Source: an uncultured Candidatus Saccharibacteria bacterium (GTDB lineage: Bacteria > Patescibacteriota > Saccharimonadia > Saccharimonadales > CAZDQS01). From it: 64,000 nt of DNA. Location of the stretch: contig CAZDQS010000002.1 in NCBI GenBank assembly GCA_964507855.1, positions 91,284 to 155,283 of the forward strand, written 5' to 3'. This document shows, one piece after another, positions 43,803 through 50,640 of the stretch (position 1 is the first letter of the stretch; each line of letters opens with the position of its first letter). A program made the position numbers and the translations under genes. Under the pieces are notes generated by a model, which was not told where the DNA came from, did no database searches, and saw only the letters and a list, made by a program, of their open reading frames with translations.

Positions 43803-43960
43803 ACCACTCTCCGTTCTAAATCATAGGTTTCGACTTTGCCGCACTTACATTTACGTTGCTTCAGGGTATCTTGGGCTGTTTTGCTTCCAGCGCTCAAGAG
43901 TACCTTTTGCTCTACTAGTTCTTCGTACTTGTGGATGTGGGGTTCTGTTTTGGGTTTCAT
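43799..43960 (-). CDS. small hypothetical protein (53 aa, absent from the ORF track)
   Basis: ATGA overlaps at both ends link it to the neighbouring genes. Confidence 0.35.
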   Translation of the reverse strand: MKPKTEPHIHKYEELVEQKVLLSAGSKTAQDTLKQRKCKCGKVETYDLERRVV

Positions 43961-44100
43961 ATCAACGCCATCAGAATATTAAAGACGCTAACCAAGGCCA
44001 TTATCATTGCCCACGTATACTTCTCCTCATATAGATATGAAATTGCTAAGGCTAATGCCCCGCCCGCTATAAAGCTGCTCGCAATATCGTAGCCATTCAT
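43957..44100 (-). CDS. small TM protein (47 aa, absent from the ORF track)
   Basis: MNGYDIASSFIAGGALALAISYLY...MIMALVSVFNILMALI; ATGA overlaps at both ends. Confidence 0.35.
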   Translation of the reverse strand: MNGYDIASSFIAGGALALAISYLYEEKYTWAMIMALVSVFNILMALI

Positions 44101-44459
44101 TTCTTCTTCCCCTTCTTCGGCTTTACTTCACCCCACTGGTCATCTTGTCCGTAGGCGTGGCCGTGAATGGATGGATACTCTGATTCAGCCTCACGGGCGA
44201 AGATCCGGGCGCCGTGGTTCTCGCCTAAGTCATAGAGCAGGGTGTACAGTCTGCTGCCGTAAAGTTCCGGTTGGTTAAGTTGTCCCTCGACTTCTTCAAG
44301 CCGTTTCCAGACGTAGATAAGGCACACCAGCACGACCAACAGCAGCGTGGTTTCGATGCCGAGGTGAGCTATCAGCAGCGCCAGCACAATAAGTACGGCG
44401 GATATACTGCCTAGCAGAAACCAATCTATGCCCCGTAATGATTCCTTGAGCGTTTTCAC
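44097..44459 (-). CDS. phage membrane protein
   Basis: 120 aa with two TM helices (WFLLGSISAVLIVLALLIAHLGIETTLLLVVLVCLIYVW). Confidence 0.5.
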   Translation of the reverse strand: MKTLKESLRGIDWFLLGSISAVLIVLALLIAHLGIETTLLLVVLVCLIYVWKRLEEVEGQLNQPELYGSRLYTLLYDLGENHGARIFAREAESEYPSIHGHAYGQDDQWGEVKPKKGKKK

Positions 44460-44644
44460 TTCTTCCCCCTTAGTTTCCTGCCCAAAATGGCTTGATAATG
44501 TTGAAAGCTGATAAAACGATAAAGCCTGACGAAAGACCGACCAGGAGCCATATAAGCCTCCGGGCGCTTTCTAATGCGGCGTTCTGGTGGTTCGCTTTCC
44601 AGCCGTTGAAAGAACTTAAACCCTTCATCGTACCCTCCTTGCAT
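44456..44644 (-). CDS. hypothetical phage protein
   Basis: Start moved to ATG 44644 (AAGGAGG RBS) to remove the overlap with the KGG gene. Confidence 0.4.
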   Translation of the reverse strand: MQGGYDEGFKFFQRLESEPPERRIRKRPEAYMAPGRSFVRLYRFISFQHYQAILGRKLRGKK

Positions 44645-44648
44645 GTGG

Positions 44649-44843
44649 CTAGCCCTCCTTGTAGCGTCGGCTGATGCGGCCACCCTTAGCGCCCGCGATA
44701 CGAGCCAGCTCACGGTTGGCATAGAAGCCGCCGGTGCGGCCTTTCTTACCTCCCAAAGCGCCTATCTTGGCGTAGTAGTTCTCGCCGTATTTTTCTACAT
44801 TCGTTTTGGCGGCTCGCTGTCCACCGATTTTGGTTCCTGCCAT
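44649..44843 (-). CDS. KGG-repeat stress-protein-like small protein
   Basis: GGKKGRTGGFYANRELARIAGAKGGR resembles the KGG (YciG/con-10) repeat. Confidence 0.45.
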   Translation of the reverse strand: MAGTKIGGQRAAKTNVEKYGENYYAKIGALGGKKGRTGGFYANRELARIAGAKGGRISRRYKEG

Positions 44844-45241
44844 TAGCTGTCTCCTTTTACCTTGTCTAAGCTCCGGCTGCCCTTGAGCGAGTTGCAGAAG
44901 TAACAGGCCGGTTTAATGTTCTTGCTATCTGTCCTGAGTTGTGGCGCTCGTGACTTGGGTACTACATGCTCTAAAGTGAGCGTATCTATATCTAAGTTCC
45001 GTATGCAGTCTGGTGAAATTTGCAAATAGCACACCCATGGCCCCGGATTGTCCTTAATCCAGCCGTGCCGGAACTCCACCCATTCTTTCGCCACCTTGCC
45101 CATCCGCTTGATGGGCTTTCTTGGCTTGGCGTATCTATTAAATTGGCACTTGCCGCAATATCGCTGGGTTGTTGTATAGCGAACGAACGTATGCCCACAA
45201 CCGACGCACATGTACTCCGGCATTACTCTGCCAGCCTCCAC
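44843..45241 (-). CDS. HNH endonuclease
   Basis: CVGCGH...CGKC zinc cluster and LEHVVPKSR...NIKPACYFCNSLKG HNH core. Confidence 0.8.
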   Translation of the reverse strand: MEAGRVMPEYMCVGCGHTFVRYTTTQRYCGKCQFNRYAKPRKPIKRMGKVAKEWVEFRHGWIKDNPGPWVCYLQISPDCIRNLDIDTLTLEHVVPKSRAPQLRTDSKNIKPACYFCNSLKGSRSLDKVKGDS

Positions 45242-45507
45242 CTCATCACTTGCCTGCCGTTACTGGACTTGCGCTTGCTGCGTGTCCAGCCGTCGGCTAC
45301 AAAATCTTTGTCCTTAAAGACGCTGCCGGTTATGTTGACGTGTAGGTAGTCCGGCCGGGGATAGACAGCTAAGATGTCCTCTATGGTGATGTATGGTTTG
45401 TCCCGTAAGAGGATTCGGGCTTGCCATCTCGCCCCGTCCAACCACTCCTGTTTACTGAGTGCAAATAAGTCCTGCATTGTCTTTGGTTGTTTGCGTGTTG
45501 CCCACAT
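45223..45507 (-). CDS. hypothetical phage protein
   Basis: 94-aa ORF. Confidence 0.5.
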   Translation of the reverse strand: MWATRKQPKTMQDLFALSKQEWLDGARWQARILLRDKPYITIEDILAVYPRPDYLHVNITGSVFKDKDFVADGWTRSKRKSSNGRQVMRWRLAE

Positions 45508-45522
45508 GATTTTTACCCTCGA

Positions 45523-45873
45523 TTAGTCTTGTAAATTCTGCTTCACGTAGCCGATAAACTTCTCCATCTTTTGGCTGTAATACTGCTCGAATGTCAGGTC
45601 GGTTCTACCTGACTGCTGATACTCGACGTAGATAACTGCCCGGAGGCGTTGACTAGGCGTCTTACCGCCGGTGTCTCGGCGGATTTCTGCCAGCTCCAGT
45701 GAGTCGTCATGCTCCTGCTCGGAGAACAAGAGCCAGCCGAACTTCTGGTAGTAGCCCATCAGCAGGACTTTTTGTGCCTCATCCAGCTCTTGCGTGACGA
45801 ACCGTACCGTCATGCTGCCGTCCTTGCGCGGACTAATCCCGTCCACAACCGCCGGTACTTGAAATGTTTTCAC
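45523..45873 (-). CDS. hypothetical phage protein
   Basis: 116-aa ORF downstream of the recombination genes. Confidence 0.5.
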   Translation of the reverse strand: MKTFQVPAVVDGISPRKDGSMTVRFVTQELDEAQKVLLMGYYQKFGWLLFSEQEHDDSLELAEIRRDTGGKTPSQRLRAVIYVEYQQSGRTDLTFEQYYSQKMEKFIGYVKQNLQD

Positions 45874-45888
45874 CCTATACCCCTCTCA

Positions 45889-46515
45889 TTACTTGCCGTA
45901 GTCCATAACGAACGCTACTTGCTGTTCGACCTCAGCAAGAAACTTAGTTACCTCTGCTTCTAGTTCTTTGATGTAGTCCTCATCCCGATAGATGCGGACG
46001 GTAATCATCTGAGCGTTTTCCGGCAAGCGCGGGTCATAGCTGATGAAGTCGCACCACTGCCGTTCGGTTATCCAGAGCTGCCCCATCACTTGGTCGATGT
46101 ACTGCTTGGGGAGTTGTCCGGTCTTTAACGTCTCAACGTGCGTTGCCGTGTTTGGGCATTTAATCTCTACCAGCCCGTCACTGCCTACGAGTCCATCGGG
46201 GCTTGCACCAGCGTCGATACTGTCGTGCAGCCAAAGGCTCGTTGCTTCTACTTCATTGCCGGTTTGCAGGCTGTAGTTGAGCAGCGCCACCGGCTCGTTG
46301 TCGATGCCCCACTGCATAGCGGCTGATATGAACGGCTCCGGTGCCGTGCCGGTGAGCCGTTCGGTTACTAATTCAGCCGCGTAGTTCTTGCGGGATGCCG
46401 CATAGCCGGTGCGGGTGCGGGCGTTGATGTCGTTAAAGCGGCTGGCTGTGGCTTTGCCGAGCCGTGCCTGATACCACTCAGGCGTCCGCTGCTCCACTTC
46501 GATTACTTTCGGCAT
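45889..46515 (-). CDS. YqaJ-type (lambda Exo-like) recombination exonuclease
   Basis: EQRTPEWYQARLGKATASRFNDI ... GASPDGLV...GLVEIKCP is the YqaJ/PD-(D/E)xK signature. Confidence 0.8.
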   Translation of the reverse strand: MPKVIEVEQRTPEWYQARLGKATASRFNDINARTRTGYAASRKNYAAELVTERLTGTAPEPFISAAMQWGIDNEPVALLNYSLQTGNEVEATSLWLHDSIDAGASPDGLVGSDGLVEIKCPNTATHVETLKTGQLPKQYIDQVMGQLWITERQWCDFISYDPRLPENAQMITVRIYRDEDYIKELEAEVTKFLAEVEQQVAFVMDYGK

Positions 46516-46996
46516 CTTTCAGCTCCTTGATACGTTGGTTGATGATTGGTGTTGCTTCCCGTTTCTGTTCAGGATTCAGCCGTGCCAGTATTTCCGCGAA
46601 CTCCTCTCGCTTGGTTGCTGCACGAATGTCGCTGATGGCCTGCTCGAACTGTTCCTGCTTGTATTGCTCGAACTCCTCCATTTCCTCGGTTGTCGCAATT
46701 TGCCCGTTGTTGAGGTAGCCAAGCAAGGCCAGCGCCCGTCCGACGGCGACGGTTTCCAGCTTTTCAAATGCCTTGTCGCCTTGGTTCTTGCCGTAGCTGT
46801 GGCCGGTTGCTTCCGCCGAGTTGGGGTCTTTCTTGTCCTTGACGATACGTGCCGAAAACACAATCATACCGTCTGGCTGTATCGTTGGTTTGGTTTCCAC
46901 GACTGCCCGTGGGTTCTGCTTCCTAAACTCTAAAAGTCTCTGAGGTACAGTTGCGTACTCATTACCTTTGAGGCTTATCGTCTGTACGTGTGCCAT
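46478..46996 (-). CDS. putative single-strand annealing protein (partner of the exonuclease)
   Basis: 172 aa immediately upstream of, and overlapping, the YqaJ gene. KLETVAVGRALALLGY is reminiscent of Rad52/Sak-type annealases. The family call is tentative. Confidence 0.45.
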   Translation of the reverse strand: MAHVQTISLKGNEYATVPQRLLEFRKQNPRAVVETKPTIQPDGMIVFSARIVKDKKDPNSAEATGHSYGKNQGDKAFEKLETVAVGRALALLGYLNNGQIATTEEMEEFEQYKQEQFEQAISDIRAATKREEFAEILARLNPEQKREATPIINQRIKELKDAESNRSGAADA

Positions 46997-47005
46997 GTGG
47001 CCTCC

Positions 47006-47137
47006 TTATTCTTCTTCCACGACCTGTAGGCCGTATTCTTGTGCCAGAAGTTGCAGCTTAGCTAGCAGCTTGGCGTAGTCGTTGGATGTCCATTCACCGG
47101 ACATATTGCCGGTGATGCGGATGTTTACCTTAGTCAT
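47006..47137 (-). CDS. small hypothetical protein (43 aa, absent from the ORF track)
   Basis: AAGGAAG RBS then MTKVNIRITGNMSGEW... Confidence 0.35.
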   Translation of the reverse strand: MTKVNIRITGNMSGEWTSNDYAKLLAKLQLLAQEYGLQVVEEE

Positions 47138-47145
47138 ATGCTTCC

Positions 47146-47367
47146 TTACTTGTTAAAGTGGCGAAGCAGCTCGATAGCCCCACGCAGCGCAATAATGGCG
47201 CTGGCGAAGGCTAGCAAGTAGCGGTAGACTCCATCCACGCGCCCTACCTTGACGGCGTAGGCGGCGTAGGCGGCAACGGTTACAAGTGCGCTGGCTTGGA
47301 CAAACTCCACAATGTTACGAAACGTCTTTGTGGTGTTCTGCTTCGCTTCTAATGCTTTCTCTTTCAT
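47146..47367 (-). CDS. small membrane protein
   Basis: ATG at 47367 behind GGAGGGTGG; two TM helices. Confidence 0.45.
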   Translation of the reverse strand: MKEKALEAKQNTTKTFRNIVEFVQASALVTVAAYAAYAVKVGRVDGVYRYLLAFASAIIALRGAIELLRHFNK

Positions 47368-47388
47368 GGTTCCCACCCTCCTTAAGGG

Positions 47389-47613
47389 TTAATCTTCAAA
47401 TGGTTTATCTATGTAGTGATAGTTCTGCCTGTCCAGCCAGTACTTGTCCGGCATGACAATTGCTTTTGTTTCAAGGACGTGCCGCTTAACGGGTATCCTG
47501 TAGGTTCTTGATTTTTGCGTGACGATTATCTTCTTGCTGCCTAATTCTCGGGCCAGCATTTCTCTCATTGGTGCAAATACGTCGATCATCGTATCCAAAA
47601 TGCCTTTCCCCAT
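47389..47613 (-). CDS. hypothetical phage protein
   Basis: 74-aa ORF. Confidence 0.45.
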   Translation of the reverse strand: MGKGILDTMIDVFAPMREMLARELGSKKIIVTQKSRTYRIPVKRHVLETKAIVMPDKYWLDRQNYHYIDKPFED

Positions 47614-47786
47614 TGCTTACGATTCATGGTTCCCACCCTTTCGTTACTTACGTTTGGTATGCCTTACGAGCCAACCAGTGGGCGAATACCGCCGGGACTA
47701 CATTGTTTGTCCTCTCCGCCCACCGGACGACCCGTAAGGAAACTCAGGAGTCGGCCAAGTCTCGCACAAGGCCGACCCACCCTGAG

Positions 47787-48320
47787 TTAGTAGCAAGACA
47801 CAATCCGTTTGTTACACACCGTCCAATGCCGCCAGCCGCCACTTGCGTAGAGCTTGAAGGCTTTGGCGATGTTCGCTTCAGGATTCTGCATCTCACTACA
47901 GCTTGGCCTGCCCGGAAGGAATCTCACTTGGAATAATCCGCATGACATCCCGTACCTCGTACCGTTCTGGAAATAAGTGAGGTGGCCGTCTCCAACGGCG
48001 GTAGGGTTACACCCCGATTCTGCCCGCATAACGTTGAGTGCCACGTTCACGTTCCAGTCGTACCGAGCTACCAAGTCTCTGTACTGCTCACACCCGACTG
48101 GATGTGAGACTGTTGCCACAACAGGTTTTACTGCCTCTTGTGGCTTCTCCGGTTTCGGTTCAGTTTGCGGCTGTGGGCTAGGTTCGACACGTTTGGACTC
48201 TTGAACTGTCGCTTGCACCGGCTGAGCGTTTACTGGCTCCTGTACCGAATTGTTAATGTTCCCCGGAGATACGAGCCATACTGTTATGAGTACGGCTATG
48301 AGTAGCTTGAGGCTGCCCAT
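47787..48320 (-). CDS. secreted lytic transglycosylase (SLT domain)
   Basis: Signal peptide, P/Q/E-rich linker, then MRAESGCNPTAVG...GLFQV, the catalytic Glu-Ser and GLxQ motifs of SLT. Confidence 0.75.
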   Translation of the reverse strand: MGSLKLLIAVLITVWLVSPGNINNSVQEPVNAQPVQATVQESKRVEPSPQPQTEPKPEKPQEAVKPVVATVSHPVGCEQYRDLVARYDWNVNVALNVMRAESGCNPTAVGDGHLTYFQNGTRYGMSCGLFQVRFLPGRPSCSEMQNPEANIAKAFKLYASGGWRHWTVCNKRIVSCY

Positions 48321-48474
48321 AATCCCCCTTACACCTCTGGGAACTCCATCCCAGCTTTGTTTAGTCGAAGCTAGTAGTGTCGTATCCCTCTACTTGAGGC
48401 CGATAACGTCACGTTCGCTTCACAGAGTTATTCACCCTGGGAAGTCACAGAACCGATCTATGGCCTCCATAAAG

Positions 48475-48503
48475 CAAAAAACCCGCTAACTTTCGTTAAC
48501 GGG
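48475..48503 (-). terminator. intrinsic terminator (second of two downstream of tRNA-Gln)
   Basis: Minus strand reads CCCGTTAAC-GAAA-GTTAGCGGG-TTTTTTG. Confidence 0.6.
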
Positions 48504-48516
48504 TACGTTTGGGTAC

Positions 48517-48542
48517 AAAAAATCCGGCTATTTCTAGCCGGA
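48517..48542 (-). terminator. intrinsic terminator (first downstream of tRNA-Gln)
   Basis: Minus strand reads TCCGGCTA-GAAA-TAGCCGGA-TTTTTTG. Confidence 0.65.
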
Positions 48543-48564
48543 TACAATCTTCTGTTTACTTCTC

Positions 48565-48600
48565 TTGGCTGGGGATGAGGGATTCGAACCCCCGATCACG
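48565..48600. repeat. prophage att repeat, tRNA-proximal copy (36 bp)
   Basis: Identical to 12718-12753; covers the 3' 35 nt of tRNA-Gln plus 1 nt. Confidence 0.9.
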
Positions 48601-48639
48601 GGACCAGAACCCGTTGCCTTACCGCTTGGCCAATCCCCA
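48566..48639 (-). tRNA. tRNA-Gln (anticodon CUG), CCA encoded
   Basis: Minus strand TGGGGAT-TG-GCCAAGCGGTAAGGC-A-ACGGG-TTCTGGT-CCCGT-GATC-GGGGG-TTCGAAT-CCCTC-ATCCCCA-GCCA. U1-A72 and a clean cloverleaf. Confidence 0.9.
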
Positions 48640-48706
48640 ATAAACTCTACTCATTCTACTATACTGATTATTAAGGTTGAGGATGCTTCTGCTCGAGCGG
48701 TAAGGT

Positions 48707-48818
48707 GTTGCCTTGCCACCTCTGATGGCCCCGAAACTTCACGACTGGCAACCAGTTGCCATCGGAAGGTTTCCTTGCAAACTGTCACCGACAGTTTTCA
48801 CGCTTGGCCAATCCCCAA
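48707..48818 (-). repeat. tRNA-Gln 5' fragment interrupted by an 83-nt hairpin element (copy B)
   Basis: 48801-48818 equals tRNA positions 48623-48640. 48707-48717 matches 48613-48623 with 1 mismatch. The intervening 48718-48800 is homologous to the copy A insert. Confidence 0.7.
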
Positions 48819-48874
48819 CGGCTCCCCGCTACTGCGGGATAAAATTTCTGGTTACAGGGGTGAATTATACCCTT

Positions 48875-49162
48875 TTACCTGCTGTTTGGCAATCGCGGCC
48901 ATATGACTTTTGCTTTTATAGCATGAGGCGGCACATGGCCGAACTGCCTGCTATCGACGCTACCGTCGGGATTATCGCCAACCACGAACACGCCCTCGCG
49001 CTCAATCGCCTGAATGCGTTTTATCTTTTCTCTGCCGTCATGCCATATGATAACAACACTCCCTACCTGGGGTCGGCTCGGCCACTTGAGTGCAACAACA
49101 ATCTGGCCGGGCTTAAGCGTTGGTGCCATACTCATGCCGACAACGCGCCGCAGCAGTATCAT
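48875..49162 (-). CDS. sodX: S26-family peptidase, Ni-SOD maturation protease-like
   Basis: GMSMAPTL (catalytic Ser) and IKRI (Lys) in a 95-aa minimal signal-peptidase fold, in an operon with sodN. Confidence 0.7.
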   Translation of the reverse strand: MILLRRVVGMSMAPTLKPGQIVVALKWPSRPQVGSVVIIWHDGREKIKRIQAIEREGVFVVGDNPDGSVDSRQFGHVPPHAIKAKVIWPRLPNSR

Positions 49163-49414
49163 CTAGAGCTCCTGGCCAATGTACCGAAATCGCGGCATGC
49201 GTTTGCCATCATGTTCTACTTCCTCAAGAAACATCTCATATGGCCGCACCTGAATACGTGGACCGGGATGTTCCGCAAGATGATAGAGAGGTATGTAGGC
49301 AACGAGCACTTCCTCAGTTTCGGTATGCCGGGCCTTGCCTAAGACCAGGTAGTAGCGACGGGACTCGGGCGTACTCTTGTAGTGCTCGTAAATGCCAGGC
49401 GTTAGGTCGTTCAT
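49163..49414 (-). CDS. DUF1653-like protein
   Basis: Start at MNDLTPGIYEHYK (ATGA overlap with the sodN stop). YEHYK...YLVLGKARHTETEE.LVAY.PLY...PRF matches the DUF1653 pattern. Confidence 0.6.
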   Translation of the reverse strand: MNDLTPGIYEHYKSTPESRRYYLVLGKARHTETEEVLVAYIPLYHLAEHPGPRIQVRPYEMFLEEVEHDGKRMPRFRYIGQEL

Positions 49415-49791
49415 TTCTTCGTTTCGGCAAATATACCGGCAATCTCGTCGATCACCTCCAACAGCTTCCGACCCTCTGTTGGATCGAGATGATGCTTGCA
49501 CTCGCCGGCCTGCTTAGTGGCCTTCCAGAACAGGTCGTGCAGGTTCGGGAACTTTTCTAGGTGCTCTGGCTTAAAGTAATCCGTCCAGAGTACCCAGAGG
49601 TGATGCTTAACGAGCTCCGCCCGCTGTTCTTTGATGATAATCGCCCGCGTCTTGTTGTGGTCATCCAGGCCGTCGTACTTCTCCATTATCTTGAGTACCG
49701 ACTCGGCCTCGATACGCGCCTGCGCCGGATCATACACACCGCACGGCAAATCACAATGGGCATAGACCGGTTTTATAGAAAACAACTTCAT
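49411..49791 (-). CDS. sodN: nickel superoxide dismutase precursor
   Basis: An 11-aa leader then HCDLPCGVYDP, the Ni-hook of NiSOD. Confidence 0.85.
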   Translation of the reverse strand: MKLFSIKPVYAHCDLPCGVYDPAQARIEAESVLKIMEKYDGLDDHNKTRAIIIKEQRAELVKHHLWVLWTDYFKPEHLEKFPNLHDLFWKATKQAGECKHHLDPTEGRKLLEVIDEIAGIFAETKK

Positions 49792-49834
49792 TCTTAGAAC
49801 TCCTTTCGTACCTTATACTGCCCCTATTATAGCC

Positions 49835-50638
49835 CTAGCGGCGCCAGCTTGGCTGGGTCAAGTGAGAAAAAGCTTCTGGGCGCATAGGCTTCGCGAAGGC
49901 AAACAGCCATTCGGGTATACCGTCAATGAACGCTGCCTCACCCACTCTATGATCGCGGTCATGTCGCCGCTCCGCAATTTGCAAATATATTTCCCTGTTG
50001 TGCAAGAAAGTATCTTGCAGAATAGTGCGTGAGCGTTCGACAATCGAATCGTACGGCACGCCGCCTACCTCAGAACGCACATTGAACATATACCGCAACC
50101 CTACGCGCAAGCCATTTATCTCCATAGCTTTCCTATCCGTGACATGTTCAGACTGCCTCCACAGCACATCGTGCGGAAAGTCCGGCCCAGGTGGAAAAAG
50201 CTCAATAAAGAGCTCCTCGATATCATCCTTGTTAGCAAAGAAGCTACGAATTGCTCGAAGCCGCTTCTCATCCATAACGGCATCCTGCAGGTCATACTTC
50301 ACTATCGTATCGGCAATACCGCAACCGATATACAACTCGCTCGCCACTTGCCGAGCTGTAGTCCCCTCTCTCTTGGCAATATCACCAAAGTGATACCCAA
50401 ACACATCCGCGAACTGCCCAAAAGACTGCTCGTTAAAAACAAATTTAAGCTTTCGGCTGTCCACCTGCCTCATGGGAAAAATCCGGCGCTCCGTTGCGTC
50501 TTCGCCGGTGGCTACATGAAGTTCTGCGTCTCGGAACATGCGTGTTCGACCTGTAAATTGACCGAAGTCCTCTGCTATCGCACGAAATGTGCTGATATGC
50601 TGCTCTGCTTCTCTGGGAGGCGGCAGGCCTTCGGGCAT
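49835..50638 (-). CDS. hypothetical protein
   Basis: Start moved to MPEGLPP (AGAGGAAAT RBS, 2 nt after the trmD stop). 267 aa with no recognised motif. Confidence 0.55.
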   Translation of the reverse strand: MPEGLPPPREAEQHISTFRAIAEDFGQFTGRTRMFRDAELHVATGEDATERRIFPMRQVDSRKLKFVFNEQSFGQFADVFGYHFGDIAKREGTTARQVASELYIGCGIADTIVKYDLQDAVMDEKRLRAIRSFFANKDDIEELFIELFPPGPDFPHDVLWRQSEHVTDRKAMEINGLRVGLRYMFNVRSEVGGVPYDSIVERSRTILQDTFLHNREIYLQIAERRHDRDHRVGEAAFIDGIPEWLFAFAKPMRPEAFSHLTQPSWRR

Positions 50639-50640
50639 AC

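Larger units (their letters stand above)
12718..48600 (-). mobile_element. integrated podovirus-like prophage (~35.9 kb) in tRNA-Gln(CUG)
   Basis: Perfect 36-bp direct repeats at both ends; integrase at one end. Carries terS/terL/portal/scaffold/capsid/tail-fibre/lysis and recombination modules, nearly all on one strand. Confidence 0.85.

Noticed and set aside
44645-44722. The longer version of the 44456 ORF overlaps the KGG-like gene by 74 nt.
   Set aside because: The internal ATG at 44644 has a strong AAGGAGG RBS and removes the overlap. The upstream 26 codons are Arg/Ala/Ser-rich shadow sequence.
47364-47640. A 15-nt repeat, catggttcccaccct, occurs at 47364-47378 and about 47626-47640.
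   Set aside because: Both copies read AGGGTGGGAACCATG on the gene strand, which is an RBS-plus-start context duplicated in front of two small genes. This is not evidence for a separate element.
48719-48737. CUGAUGGCCCCGAAAC on the plus strand resembles the hammerhead ribozyme core (CUGAUGA...GAAAC).
   Set aside because: There is no stem II between the two boxes. The motif is not conserved in copy A (CUUCGGCGAGCCCGGAAC) and the orientation is opposite to the strand supported by G-U pairs.
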